Below are positions 7,703 through 18,686 of a DNA stretch of 34,918 nucleotides, in pieces. The notes under the pieces were generated by a model. It searched no databases and was not told where the DNA came from. It saw only the letters and a list, made by a program, of their open reading frames with translations. Source of the DNA: a virus (taxonomy: Duplodnaviria > Caudoviricetes); the IMG/VR virus record IMGVR_UViG_3300005805_000245, positions 1 to 34,918 of that record; one strand, written 5' to 3'. A program made the position numbers and the translations under genes. The first letter of the stretch is position 1, and each line of letters opens with the position of its first letter.

Positions 7703-8572
7703 TTATCCAATAAAATCGTATGGTGGTAATTCGTAATCCATTGACATTCTTTGCCTAATGTCTTCTAATTCTTTTTCTGCATCTTCATATAATTCTCTAC
7801 CATTCAATTCAATTCCACCAGGAAGTTTAACTCCCCTAAACTTAATTAAATTTTGACCCCATTGTCTTTTCATTAATGCCGTCAAATAACGTTTAAGGAA
7901 ACTATCATTATAAACGTTTGTAAACGTATTTGGATCTAAAATTCGATAACAATCAATTACAATGAAATTATTTACAGAGACTGCTGACCAATCAATATCT
8001 AGATATAATCTATCTTGTCTTTTATTATATCTAATTTGCTTATCTGGAGAAAGAAGAAAATCAATATCTTCAAGATAAGTTTTTACCATTGCATATTGTA
8101 AAAGTTCAACAGAATTGAAATAGTATAGATCATTTAGAAATAACTGATATTTAATGCTAAACATACCTCCAGATATGGAACTAGTATCAAATTTAAAAAC
8201 TTTTTCTATGCCAATTACAGAGTCTGGAACTTGAATAAAATTAGAATTTTCATAGTAAGTAGAAGTAACTGTTCCGAGACCACTTACATTAGTGGAGTTT
8301 GCTGTTGTTGTAACAATACCAACTCCAGTTGTGCTAATACCAGTTACTCCTGGAGAACTAGCACCTTTTCCCCTATCAATTTCACTTTGAGTAAATTGAT
8401 GTTTTAGATACATTCTCTCAACACCATCAAAATGCCTCTCCTGAAAGTATTGAAGGGCATCATCGACTAAATCATCGATCTGATCATCATCCAAATTTAT
8501 TTCTAATACTGGAGCTCCCAAACGTCTTAAGCAATAATCAATAAGTTGTTGTCTTGATGCTGGTTTTGACAT
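7703..8572 (-). CDS. gp13: Neck protein
   Basis: LIDYCLRRLGAPVLEINLDDDQ...HFDG...KRQWGQNLIKFRGVKLPGGIELNG...PPYDFIG. Confidence 0.95.
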   Translation of the reverse strand: MSKPASRQQLIDYCLRRLGAPVLEINLDDDQIDDLVDDALQYFQERHFDGVERMYLKHQFTQSEIDRGKGASSPGVTGISTTGVGIVTTTANSTNVSGLGTVTSTYYENSNFIQVPDSVIGIEKVFKFDTSSISGGMFSIKYQLFLNDLYYFNSVELLQYAMVKTYLEDIDFLLSPDKQIRYNKRQDRLYLDIDWSAVSVNNFIVIDCYRILDPNTFTNVYNDSFLKRYLTALMKRQWGQNLIKFRGVKLPGGIELNGRELYEDAEKELEDIRQRMSMDYELPPYDFIG

Positions 8573-9156
8573 TAGTAAACTCCTCCATCTATAGTATTAG
8601 ACCAAACTGGAACACCAACATTATCCGTTGTGAGTATATAGTTAGTATAATCAATTGCTGAACTTGTTGCTCCTGTAGAAACCATCAATCCAGATGAATT
8701 GAAATATGCCACACCGCTTGTAAAGGATGGGACATAATAAAATGCATCTGTAACAGTAACAAACCCAGCACGTAAATTATTTGTGGTTGTTATACCAGTT
8801 ACATTGATATCTCTGGTTACAATGTTGGATGTATTAACTAACCCAACAAAGGTAGATACTCCTGATACATTTAGATAGTTGGTTGATGTAAGACCAGTTA
8901 TTGTTGCATTTCTGGCAGTAAACTCATCAAATACTAAGTCATCAGATACAAAAAGATCTCCATCAATATAAACATTATTTTTGAATGTTGCAACACCAAC
9001 GAAAGTAGAAATTCCACTAACATCAAGAGATGTTACTGAAGCAATTCCTCCAATTACATTTTTAGCAGTTACTGCTTGACCACCAGCGGAACCAGAAATA
9101 CTGGCAACTACTTTAACTGCGTTTTGTTGCCCAACTCTAACTTTAATATCTGACAT
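8572..9156 (-). CDS. Short fibre-like virion structural protein
   Basis: 194 aa with repeated L[DN]VSG[IV]STFVG units and a C-terminal PVWSNTIDGGVY motif; directly upstream of gp13. Confidence 0.65.
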   Translation of the reverse strand: MSDIKVRVGQQNAVKVVASISGSAGGQAVTAKNVIGGIASVTSLDVSGISTFVGVATFKNNVYIDGDLFVSDDLVFDEFTARNATITGLTSTNYLNVSGVSTFVGLVNTSNIVTRDINVTGITTTNNLRAGFVTVTDAFYYVPSFTSGVAYFNSSGLMVSTGATSSAIDYTNYILTTDNVGVPVWSNTIDGGVY

Positions 9157-9500
9157 TACCGGGTAACTCCCTCCGTTACGAGAACCATCCCCTCAATAAC
9201 TCTATTTTTTACATCAAATTGATCTGTTATGACGACATCATAAACATATCTTCCAGGTTTTAAATTTGTAGTCTGTGAAGCAGTCAATTTAATCAAAATT
9301 TGTCCGGCAGTTTCTGGAGACTCTATTGTGGCAGTAAATGTTGTTGCCGTAGAACTCCCAGACCATTTTCTCATCTGAGCTGCTACAGTATAATTAGTTA
9401 AATCAAATGATGAATTAGTATCGGCACCTTCTAAAGTGAAAGATTGACTAAAATCAGCACCAGCATTCACAACTAAGTTATTTACATATACTGCTGCCAT
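9156..9500 (-). CDS. Conserved small virion-associated protein (Ig/BppU-like beta fold suspected)
   Basis: NLVVNAGADF...DLTNYTVAAQMRK...LKPGRYVYDV...RVIEGMVLVTEGVT; preceded by a perfect late promoter. Confidence 0.7.
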   Translation of the reverse strand: MAAVYVNNLVVNAGADFSQSFTLEGADTNSSFDLTNYTVAAQMRKWSGSSTATTFTATIESPETAGQILIKLTASQTTNLKPGRYVYDVVITDQFDVKNRVIEGMVLVTEGVTR

Positions 9501-9522
9501 CTATTTTATAAGCTCTACTTCT

Positions 9523-9530
9523 TATTTATA
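9523..9530 (-). promoter_or_regulatory. T4-type late promoter TATAAATA
   Basis: Exact consensus in the intergenic gap, 22 bp upstream of the ATG at 9500. Confidence 0.85.
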
Positions 9531-9531
9531 T

Positions 9532-9705
9532 CTAGAGTTTTGCTAATGAACTGATTACTTCTTGTTGTTTAAGATATAATTTAAAGTAAGATTTTGCAAG
9601 ATTCTTTAAATCATCCATATCATTAATACTATCAATTTCAGCAGCATGTCTAAAATATTCAAAACTTTTACTCAAATTTTCTAGTTCAATTTTATCTGGA
9701 TCCAT
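9532..9705 (-). CDS. 57-aa protein, NblA-like helix-loop-helix candidate (not in the ORF track)
   Basis: Manual translation MDPDKIELENLSKSFEYFRHAAEIDSINDMDDLKNLAKSYFKLYLKQQEVISSLAKL*. AAGGAG RBS at 9713-9718, 7 nt upstream; fills the gap between neighbours. The ORF is well supported; the NblA call is tentative. Confidence 0.75.
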   Translation of the reverse strand: MDPDKIELENLSKSFEYFRHAAEIDSINDMDDLKNLAKSYFKLYLKQQEVISSLAKL

Positions 9706-9895
9706 TGATTAACTCCTTTAATAGGGACTTGATTTCATCAATATCTTTTTTCATATTTTCAATTTCTTGTTTTTGTGTCATTCTATTATTCACGACATTT
9801 ATATATTGATTATATGAATGATTATCGCAGTTAACTATGGCACCAGTCTGCTCATCACGATACAAATTAGGATGACCTTTTACTGGAATCATCAT
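9692..9895 (-). CDS. Conserved small hypothetical with C-terminal coiled coil
   Basis: VKGHPNLYRDEQTGAIVN followed by heptad-like EIENMKKDIDEIKSLLKELI; 4-bp overlap with the upstream gene. Confidence 0.8.
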   Translation of the reverse strand: MMIPVKGHPNLYRDEQTGAIVNCDNHSYNQYINVVNNRMTQKQEIENMKKDIDEIKSLLKELINGSR

Positions 9896-12800
9896 GCGAG
9901 TGCAATACTCCTCAAATCTTTAAATCTTGGAGCATATGCTTGATTTGTTCCAGACATGACAATCTTTATTGTATATCCAGTAAAACTACCCAAGTTGTTT
10001 GCACTAAATTCATATTCTAAGAATTGATTATCTAAACTTGGTGGAACAAAAACATCTGGAAGACCACTATTTTTAGATGGATCTATAACATCAAAATACC
10101 CATCTTGGTTATTATCAAGTGTGAGATTATTATATCCCGGGAATAACTCAAAGGATGGTTCTACTTCACTAGATTCTGGTCTAATTAAACTGTAGAGAAC
10201 TCTAAAATCTGCAGATGAATGCCTATAGGCACCTATAATCACCTTAAGAGCAGTTGCAGGTTGAGCAAGTCTTACAGTGTTAGAAATATAAACAGCGGCA
10301 TGTGGGTCATTTAAGACGTTGTTAGCACCGTTTTCAAGTGCGTAGTCTAAAATAGGTCTATTTAGTCTGTTGCTTAAAAACTCTACTGAAGACTCTTTCC
10401 AGAAAATAATTGGAGATAAGTTAGTATCTGATGTTGACAAATCAACCTTCATAGTAAATGATTTATTTCTGAGAAGAGATGCCAAATAGGTTTGCTCATT
10501 TATACTAGAGCAAACAATGCGAGTAGAAGTTAATCTATTTTCAGCACCTAATTCAACATTTTCATACCCTTGATCAACAAAAGATGATTCATTACCATCT
10601 ACACTAGTTCCACTAACAGTTCTAATTTGACCATTTGCGGTTGTTGCAGATCCTGGACTTAATAGGGCAATTTGAGGAGTAACAGCATTAAATTGAATAT
10701 TTTCTGTTGCTTGAATGTTATTACCACCACATGAAGATTCATTATTAAATGATAATTGTGGGAACTGAGAGGGTGTGTTATCTACTGAACGATCCACACC
10801 ATTTGAAGATCTATCAACCTCAATATAGTAACTATCAATGTCATTACCAGTTTCACTAACTGTATGAGTTTTATTAATTCTTCTTAAAGACACGCCACCT
10901 AATTCATACTTATATACACTAGTATTCAAATCATGGGTAACTGTAAGAGTTGAATCTGTCCCTCTTGTAATTGTTTCTAAAGCACCAATACCAATACTTT
11001 CATACTTAATAATTTCATTTTCAATTTTTACATATCCTGGGTTTGTATTATTTACAGATTTTCCTTCAAATGTGGCAAAATTTGATGTAGATGCAACACT
11101 GATTATTGTATCAGAAGATAGTAAAGGTGCAGATAATGTAGTTGGTACTACATCACTTTCAACATCTACAATAGTAACTTTATTGGTGCTGGAATACATT
11201 CCATGATCATAATGATTGACTTTAAAGAAGTTTCCAGAATAAACTCCGCCAACTGCAGTAGAAGATGTAATTGTAGTATTGGCAAGTGATACTAAATTGC
11301 CCGAAGTATCATAGTATGATAAAGTTGCTACCCCAACATTAAAGGAGTTTCCTTGAACATTTGATAGATACAAGGTATCAATACCAGTTCCAGTACCAGT
11401 AATCGTAATTCTGGCATTACGACCACCAACAGGACTTACCGATGATGTAACAATTCCAACTACATCACCTGCATTATATCCACTTCCTGGACTTAAAGTT
11501 GATACTGCAACACCAGTAATTACTCCATTAGTTGCGGTAATATTTAATTTTAAACCACTACCACTTCCTGTCACATTAAATGTTTGAACTGAACCAGTTG
11601 TAGTGTAATTACTTCCACCTGTAGTAATTCCGACAGTGGTAACAGAGGATCCAGTTCCAACAATATATCCATAATTATATGGTGCAGATTGGACAGAAAC
11701 TTTTCTTCCAGTAGTCAAAATTCCAATCATTGCAGAACTTGTTACAGTAGTAATGCCAAGATTAACTTTTCTTGGTAAAATTGTAATTGGATTGGCACTT
11801 AGAACAGGAACATAACTATTGCTTTGATTTAACGTTGGATTATGGAATAGGGCACTACCCGATGTAGAAGTAAAGTTTGCTTTATAAAGTTTAAATTTGA
11901 GATCTTGATATTGATTTGCTGTCCAAATTGATCCATTTTGCGATTTGAACAAACTTCCAATTCCAAATTGTCTGGAATATCTTACTGCCTGAGAATCCGG
12001 AAGATTGGCAGTTTCAATAGTTTTTTCTCCCATTTCCGCAATCCAAACCTCATATTGATCTGTTTGGGGGGCAAGAAGAACTATTGCATATTCTAAACCT
12101 GGTTCAAGATAAATTGGATAATCAAATGTAACTCTTGTTGGAACAGATGCATTAGATGATATTTGAATATCGCTTGGTTTTAAAGTTACTGGTTTCCCAA
12201 TAATTGTTCGTGTAGGAGTTCCAAGTTCTACAGTTCTTACTTCAACAGTTAATGGTGCATTATTCTCATCTTTACTTGCAAAGAACAAATCTACAGCAGT
12301 TAAAAATGCCCCATTTACATCTTCATTTGGTTTATTACCATTTGTTGCTTCAGTGACACCACCAACTGAGAATGATTGTGCAAGAGGATCGACAAAGTAA
12401 ATTGTTGTAGACGAAGTAGTAACTCTTTGCCTTTCTTCCCAAGTTCCTTCAGATTTATAAATTGTCTCTGCAGAAGAAATTAAAGTGCTTCCTGGAAGTG
12501 GAGTTTGGTTTGTGGAACTAGAAGATAATTTATAAACTTTAGATCCCGTAGCAATTCTAACTGATGGTGGTGGATTTGTATTTGGATCTCTTAGGAAGAA
12601 AGATCCTGAGAGGAATCCATTAATGTCACTAATTAGTCTTAAATCTTTTACATAAGCAATCGCACCACTAGTTTGTCCAACAAGTTTCATACCAACTGTT
12701 AAGTAACCAGAATATAGTCCTTGTGCTTCTAAACATAAAGATTCAATATCAACGTTTAAAGTTTTAGAAGATGCACTGTAGGATGCTGGAATTGTTTCCG

Positions 12801-15800
12801 AAGTTGCATATGGATTAGTTGTATATGTGACAGATGGATTATTAAAAGCACCTTCTTTATGATTTGAAGTAGATACTCTGAAGTTAATTAAGTTATTTCC
12901 ATTAAATGATCCAATAACAGTTTCTCCCACTTGGAAAGCTGCAGATGCTCCATAATTTTGTAATGTAGAATCATTTGCAATCTCAATAAGTTTTGGAATA
13001 AAATCAACACCACTATTACCATCCAAGAATTGGTAAACTCTTGTTAATGGTTTCAGATTTACTGCATTAAATCCAGTATTTCTGGATCTCATGTATATCT
13101 CTGCACCACTTGCAATTAGTCTATCTTCTTGGGATACATTTGTTGATTGACCAACAACTGCAAAAGTTCCAGTTGCTCTCAACCAAACCCAATTAGTTTG
13201 ATTAATATTAACATCTTGAAGTCTAATGGTTCTTACCCAACTATCACTAGATGGATTTAAATTAATCGTTCCACTATAAGAAATAACATGGAATGGATTA
13301 ACATTTTCAACCTTTGTTGCAAATGTTTGCTCAATCCACCCTACCGAATCATATTTTAGAGTAATTGCATCGCCTGTTTTTTGAACATTTGAGTCATATA
13401 AAGAAAAATTAGTATTTAAATCTAAATTTTCATCTGTTAGATTTTCCGCCGAAACTGGTTTTAAATTAATACTATTTTTAGAAATACGTGTAGTAAGTTC
13501 ATCGTTTTCTACATCTACTTCTACTGTAGATAGATTTAGATTAATTAAATCAGAATTTTTAAAATCATCTACAAAAAATCCAGTTTTAAATCTATTAAAA
13601 CCTTGAGCATCTTGAATTTGTAAAGTTTGAGTATTTAATTCAAGTAGAGATAATGATGTTACTCTCTCAAGATTCTCAACTCTATCTTCAATTTTACCAA
13701 TGTCACGCATTGTGTATCTTCTATTATCCATTAAAGATACATTAACATCCTTTGGATTATAGAGATATGGTGGAAGTGTAATGGTAGCAATTTCCATTAC
13801 ATCACTCGGTTTGCTTGGTTCTTTTGGATTTATTGATGGAGTTCCTTGAAGAACAGTAAATGTTCCTAATTTATCAAGATATAATTTATCAATTCTTCCA
13901 AGATAGAATTGATATCCAATTAACGCACTTTCATTTGGCGACATAATAAGTTTTGGTTCAGTTCCAAATGATCTTGAAGAGAAGTCAAATGGAGATGAAG
14001 AAGACCCTGTAAATACAGATACTCTAGGTCTAAAATCTAACGTATCAGATGCTCTTAGATTATTTTGTCCAATAGTTGGGATATCAGAAGAAAATCTTTC
14101 TTCCGAGTAACTGTTTACTGTAAATACATCTCCAGTATCACTAGATGGGACAGAATAATAGTCAAATACAATTAAAAGTTGTCTTGATGGTGAAGATTCT
14201 CCAGTTTTTCTAATAATTTTGGAATAATCGTAATATTGTTCTTTTTGTCCTTTATCTAATGTATATTTAAATGTAATATCTCTATATTTTCCTAATGTAA
14301 TCGCTGCAATTGGGGTATTAATACCAGATTCTTCAAAAGTTACATTTTCTCCAGATGTAAATCTACTATTATTTAAATAAACAATTCCTAAAGTATTTGA
14401 TGATGGTTTAGTTACAACTCTTGCTATTGCACTACTTGTGCTTCCGATAATATTTTCGCCAATTATAGCATTTGAATCTACATTTGCTATAGAAGTAAAT
14501 GAAATTTGGTCTAATATAGGAGCACTAGTATCTAAAGATTCATATATTGCAATAATTTTTACAGCATCTGGATAGTTAAGACTAATTTCTTCATCTTGAA
14601 CTCTTAAACCATAAGATTGATTATAACTTAATCCATCATTAATTGAGGTATTAATTCCTGTTCCAGACTGAGGATCTTTGGAAAAAACTACATTTATTGA
14701 TTGAGATCTTATAAATTGTTTTATTTTACTCTGAACCCCACTCTTTACAAAAGTGGCATTTATTGAAGAAATTTGTTTGTTTTGAATATTGGAAAAAGTA
14801 ACTTGACTTGAACTACCATTTAAGGTAACTTTATCTGACGTTAATGATTCTATAGTTCCATCAGCATAGAAAATAGAATATCTTTCTTCATCAAAAGCTT
14901 CAAATCTTATAGTAGAAGAATTAATTCCAATATTAAATTGTCCTGTTCCTACAGTTAAAGTATTAGATGATGGTGTGAATGAAGTATTAGATTGTGCAGA
15001 AAATGTTATTGTTGATGTGCTTAAGTCTGTCGATGCAATATTTGAATCTGGCAATTCTGCATATAAAAATCCTTTTTGATCATTTCTAAATTTAGCAGAT
15101 CCAACTGCATATGATCCACTAAAAGTTGTTGCTGTTCCTGGAAGTGATCCATCACAAACTCCAGAAACAGATGTGACTGCCTCCAAAGTTAGTGAGTTTA
15201 GTGCTGATGAAACGGAAATAACACGATTATAAATTTCTGTTGCTACACCAGATCTTTGGTAACGAATTATATTATCAGTTTTGATTCCAATAAATGATGC
15301 CGGAGAAGCAACAGTTGCTGTGCTCACACCACCACTTGAGGCGCTAATAGTTATAATTTCAGACCTAGAAATTCTATCAAGTTGAGTGTCTGATAAAAAC
15401 GCTGTAGAAAATCCAGATACTGCAGTTGGTTGATGAACCGATTTAATATCTTCTATACCATAAACTTTAATTGATGAGATTGTTCTAGGATATAGTTCCA
15501 ATCCATTTATCAAAATTTGCTCTCCAACTGCAAATGTTCCTGATCTTTGTCTGATATTGATTACAGTTGAATTTGATCCAGCAGAAACTACATAACCACT
15601 TGCTCCACTACTCTTTCCTTTTATGAAAGAAGTTGCAGGAACTTGAATTGCAGATACTGCTTGATTTAATGTAAGTTCAGTGTAAGTTTGAACATCATAT
15701 AAGTATAAATCCCAGTTAGTTGCTGCAGAACTATATGCAGCATCAGTTACATTAAAACTATAAACTCTTGCAGATCCTATTGTAGACCCTGCACCTAAAG

Positions 15801-17076
15801 TTGTACTATTTTTTCTTTGACCTTGTAAATAAATTTCTTGTTTTTGTTTAGGAGTTCCACTTACATTATTAACTCTCAATAAATTACCCATTTCAAATGG
15901 GATATTTGCATTAGATACTATTTGCTTAGTTCTTGGTTTGGGAACATCTATGATTTCAACACCCGTTTTTTCAATATCATATCCTCTTACATAAGCTTTT
16001 CCTGGAGAAAACTTAACACACATTAAATCATCTGATGGTGTATTTCCTTGTTCTGTTTTTTCATTACTAAAAAATAAACCATCATTTCCAAGTCTATCAT
16101 TTAAAGAATTGTTTAATGAGAATTGGAAAGGAGTGACTACATAATCTCCAGATTCATCATATGTTCTTTGTGCTAGATAGTCTCTAATCAAAGAATAACT
16201 TGATTTTATTTCTACCTTTTTAATTGCACCATTTTTAACTCTTAAGAGTTCTACAAAATCAGTATCAGTTGTATCTGTTAAAAGTTTTTTGGTTAAAGTT
16301 AAAGAAATTTTAAATCTATCTGCACCAGGCGCAGCATAGTTAGTAAATCCTTTTGCATTGTCGTATAGTGATGGATCATCTTTAGCAGTTATAATCTGCT
16401 CATCTACTCTTAAACCAACTCTATATGAAGGAGTATTGGTATAATAATCTAAAATAATTGTTTGTTTAGGAACACGAACAAAAGATCCTCTAATAAAATA
16501 AACACCTTCTCCAATAGATGCTGCAGATCCAGTTGCAGTTGCATCTGAGTTTACAGTTGTTGCAAAAGGAGTTCCAGCAATTATTGATCCTATTGTTTCA
16601 CTAGCAAATAATTGCTCATTGTTTTGGAATGGATTGATTTCAAAATTTGAATCTGAATTAATATATTTGACATACAAAGTTGCATATTCAACTCCTAGGC
16701 CCGGATTAGGAAGTTGAACCATCTGGACAGTTGCTGTAATACCAGATATTTGCCCTGTTACCTTCTTACCAACAAAATTAGATAAGTATGATGTTATATT
16801 AACATTATACTGTTGAGGATTAAGTTTAACTGCATTAAACTGATCATCAAAGGTAATATTTCCAGGAATAACTAAAGATCCCTCTTTAAAAATATGACTT
16901 CCAAATGTTTCTACTTGATCTTGCAGTATTGACTGAAGGGTATTTAATTCCCTTGCTTGTATTGGTTTTCCTGGATTAAAAAGAACTTTATAATAATTTT
17001 TATCCCTTGCACCCGTATCTTTTTCTGCAAAGTCGTCAAAATATGGACTTACATTAAGATTAGTTTTTTGAGCCAT
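9892..17076 (-). CDS. Large virion structural protein, VrlC/DUF4815-like
   Basis: NLNVSPYFDDF...VLFNPGKPIQARELNTLQSILQ...APGADRFKI...RTYDESGDY...NRRYTMRDIG...RFKTGFFVDDF...DPLAQSF...SLFKSQN; position after gp8 as in cyanomyoviruses. Confidence 0.88.
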   Translation of the reverse strand: MAQKTNLNVSPYFDDFAEKDTGARDKNYYKVLFNPGKPIQARELNTLQSILQDQVETFGSHIFKEGSLVIPGNITFDDQFNAVKLNPQQYNVNITSYLSNFVGKKVTGQISGITATVQMVQLPNPGLGVEYATLYVKYINSDSNFEINPFQNNEQLFASETIGSIIAGTPFATTVNSDATATGSAASIGEGVYFIRGSFVRVPKQTIILDYYTNTPSYRVGLRVDEQIITAKDDPSLYDNAKGFTNYAAPGADRFKISLTLTKKLLTDTTDTDFVELLRVKNGAIKKVEIKSSYSLIRDYLAQRTYDESGDYVVTPFQFSLNNSLNDRLGNDGLFFSNEKTEQGNTPSDDLMCVKFSPGKAYVRGYDIEKTGVEIIDVPKPRTKQIVSNANIPFEMGNLLRVNNVSGTPKQKQEIYLQGQRKNSTTLGAGSTIGSARVYSFNVTDAAYSSAATNWDLYLYDVQTYTELTLNQAVSAIQVPATSFIKGKSSGASGYVVSAGSNSTVINIRQRSGTFAVGEQILINGLELYPRTISSIKVYGIEDIKSVHQPTAVSGFSTAFLSDTQLDRISRSEIITISASSGGVSTATVASPASFIGIKTDNIIRYQRSGVATEIYNRVISVSSALNSLTLEAVTSVSGVCDGSLPGTATTFSGSYAVGSAKFRNDQKGFLYAELPDSNIASTDLSTSTITFSAQSNTSFTPSSNTLTVGTGQFNIGINSSTIRFEAFDEERYSIFYADGTIESLTSDKVTLNGSSSQVTFSNIQNKQISSINATFVKSGVQSKIKQFIRSQSINVVFSKDPQSGTGINTSINDGLSYNQSYGLRVQDEEISLNYPDAVKIIAIYESLDTSAPILDQISFTSIANVDSNAIIGENIIGSTSSAIARVVTKPSSNTLGIVYLNNSRFTSGENVTFEESGINTPIAAITLGKYRDITFKYTLDKGQKEQYYDYSKIIRKTGESSPSRQLLIVFDYYSVPSSDTGDVFTVNSYSEERFSSDIPTIGQNNLRASDTLDFRPRVSVFTGSSSSPFDFSSRSFGTEPKLIMSPNESALIGYQFYLGRIDKLYLDKLGTFTVLQGTPSINPKEPSKPSDVMEIATITLPPYLYNPKDVNVSLMDNRRYTMRDIGKIEDRVENLERVTSLSLLELNTQTLQIQDAQGFNRFKTGFFVDDFKNSDLINLNLSTVEVDVENDELTTRISKNSINLKPVSAENLTDENLDLNTNFSLYDSNVQKTGDAITLKYDSVGWIEQTFATKVENVNPFHVISYSGTINLNPSSDSWVRTIRLQDVNINQTNWVWLRATGTFAVVGQSTNVSQEDRLIASGAEIYMRSRNTGFNAVNLKPLTRVYQFLDGNSGVDFIPKLIEIANDSTLQNYGASAAFQVGETVIGSFNGNNLINFRVSTSNHKEGAFNNPSVTYTTNPYATSETIPASYSASSKTLNVDIESLCLEAQGLYSGYLTVGMKLVGQTSGAIAYVKDLRLISDINGFLSGSFFLRDPNTNPPPSVRIATGSKVYKLSSSSTNQTPLPGSTLISSAETIYKSEGTWEERQRVTTSSTTIYFVDPLAQSFSVGGVTEATNGNKPNEDVNGAFLTAVDLFFASKDENNAPLTVEVRTVELGTPTRTIIGKPVTLKPSDIQISSNASVPTRVTFDYPIYLEPGLEYAIVLLAPQTDQYEVWIAEMGEKTIETANLPDSQAVRYSRQFGIGSLFKSQNGSIWTANQYQDLKFKLYKANFTSTSGSALFHNPTLNQSNSYVPVLSANPITILPRKVNLGITTVTSSAMIGILTTGRKVSVQSAPYNYGYIVGTGSSVTTVGITTGGSNYTTTGSVQTFNVTGSGSGLKLNITATNGVITGVAVSTLSPGSGYNAGDVVGIVTSSVSPVGGRNARITITGTGTGIDTLYLSNVQGNSFNVGVATLSYYDTSGNLVSLANTTITSSTAVGGVYSGNFFKVNHYDHGMYSSTNKVTIVDVESDVVPTTLSAPLLSSDTIISVASTSNFATFEGKSVNNTNPGYVKIENEIIKYESIGIGALETITRGTDSTLTVTHDLNTSVYKYELGGVSLRRINKTHTVSETGNDIDSYYIEVDRSSNGVDRSVDNTPSQFPQLSFNNESSCGGNNIQATENIQFNAVTPQIALLSPGSATTANGQIRTVSGTSVDGNESSFVDQGYENVELGAENRLTSTRIVCSSINEQTYLASLLRNKSFTMKVDLSTSDTNLSPIIFWKESSVEFLSNRLNRPILDYALENGANNVLNDPHAAVYISNTVRLAQPATALKVIIGAYRHSSADFRVLYSLIRPESSEVEPSFELFPGYNNLTLDNNQDGYFDVIDPSKNSGLPDVFVPPSLDNQFLEYEFSANNLGSFTGYTIKIVMSGTNQAYAPRFKDLRSIALA

Positions 17077-17079
17077 CTT

Positions 17080-18654
17080 TTAAAATTCCAGGATAATTTT
17101 AACGTCTTCTTTTTGTCTAGAACTTCTTGTAACAGTTGGTCTGTTATCAATGTAAATTATGTCTCCCGACTTATTATTTATCTCTGGATTTGAAAGACCA
17201 TTGGTAAATTCTGTTCCAAGATTTATAATCTTATTTGATATTGTTGTAGTTATGCCAGAGTAACCACTATATATGGTTCCATTAAATCCACCTCCAACTT
17301 TTGTAATTTCAGAACTAGAATTGAAATCTAAAGTTGTATATGTAGTAGAATTAAAAAATGATGACATGCCAACAAAGTCTTGATGACTTGAACCACCACC
17401 CCCACTATAATATAAAGATCTATCTCTATAATATTTTAAAACTTTTGTTTCAGTGTCATATGAAACAACATAACCATATGCAATACCACCAGTAACTGAT
17501 TGTTGAATTTTGTCACCAACAGAAATTGTCCCCGTTGTGGAACTAAATCTCATTGCATATAGTGCAGAAAAATCACTTGAAGTATAAACGGTCGTGCTTA
17601 CTCCAGTTGAGTCATATACTGTTGGATTTTTTATAATTCCAACTTGTGCAAACTTAGTATCTACTGGAAAATCCTTTGTAGAATCATCAAATCTAGCATA
17701 TACTAAAACTTTATCTGCACCAAGTTCTTTGTAAATGTCAAAACCATGACCCTTTGATGGTGGAATGATTGGTATTAATTCTGCATATGTGCTAGGAGCA
17801 TTTGCTAATGTTGTTCCTAAATCAACTAAAGCATAAGTATAATTTTTTCCACCAGAAGTAACAGTTACATCAGTTACTTTTCCATTTGCATCAATATCTA
17901 CAGATACTTTACCTCCAGATCCATCACCAACTAAATTGCATGATTTTCCAGATTGTGTTACATATCCATTGCCTTGATTTTGAATATAAACCTTCTTAAT
18001 TTGGTTTTCATTAATTGTTGAGTCTCCATTTTCTCTAACTGCTGTAATTTGTGCATCAGTGGATGTTTGCCAATCATTGGGAACAGTTATGTACTCAGTT
18101 GAGTCAAATTTTATAATATCGCTAGGAGAAACTGTATAAAGATATTTCCAAGTGTATCCATCAGTTGACTTAGAAGGTTCTAAATCTGTAAAAGTTGGTT
18201 CAATTTGTGAAGAATTTCCTGTGGTTTTAATTCCAGATGAACCATTATCGATACAAATATAAACTCTATAATCAGAGTTCATAACATAATAATTTGCATC
18301 ATATAGTCTTAAAGATCCTGAGGATGATCTATTAACTACACTATAATCTGGACGATACATATCATATCTTTGTCCAGAAGTCCAAGATATTTTTCTAATT
18401 ACTCTTCTAATATTCGCACTTGTTACTTTTTTTCCAAATAACATTGTGGATTCATAATGATTTAAGTAGTCAATATTATCAGTTGGATTTGGGGGAGTTG
18501 TGTCCCAAGAAGAATTTCTACCAAATCCAGAAGAAGGTGATGTGGCATTAGACAATCCAACGAAAACATAGTAAGAATTTGAAGAATCTTGCACAGAATC
18601 TATAAAATTCGATGCATTCAATATTCTAAACTGATCTGTTACAAGTGCAGACAT
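17080..18654 (-). CDS. gp8: Baseplate wedge subunit
   Basis: YDMYRPDYS...YYVMNSDYRVYICIDNG...DGYTWKYLY...IIPPSKGHG...SGDIIYIDNR...QKEDVKIILEF. Confidence 0.92.
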   Translation of the reverse strand: MSALVTDQFRILNASNFIDSVQDSSNSYYVFVGLSNATSPSSGFGRNSSWDTTPPNPTDNIDYLNHYESTMLFGKKVTSANIRRVIRKISWTSGQRYDMYRPDYSVVNRSSSGSLRLYDANYYVMNSDYRVYICIDNGSSGIKTTGNSSQIEPTFTDLEPSKSTDGYTWKYLYTVSPSDIIKFDSTEYITVPNDWQTSTDAQITAVRENGDSTINENQIKKVYIQNQGNGYVTQSGKSCNLVGDGSGGKVSVDIDANGKVTDVTVTSGGKNYTYALVDLGTTLANAPSTYAELIPIIPPSKGHGFDIYKELGADKVLVYARFDDSTKDFPVDTKFAQVGIIKNPTVYDSTGVSTTVYTSSDFSALYAMRFSSTTGTISVGDKIQQSVTGGIAYGYVVSYDTETKVLKYYRDRSLYYSGGGGSSHQDFVGMSSFFNSTTYTTLDFNSSSEITKVGGGFNGTIYSGYSGITTTISNKIINLGTEFTNGLSNPEINNKSGDIIYIDNRPTVTRSSRQKEDVKIILEF

Positions 18655-18673
18655 TTGAATATGGTTTTTTCTA

Positions 18674-18681
18674 TATTTATA
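18674..18681 (-). promoter_or_regulatory. T4-type late promoter TATAAATA
   Basis: Exact consensus in the gap between gp7 and gp8. Confidence 0.85.
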
Positions 18682-18686
18682 TTAGG

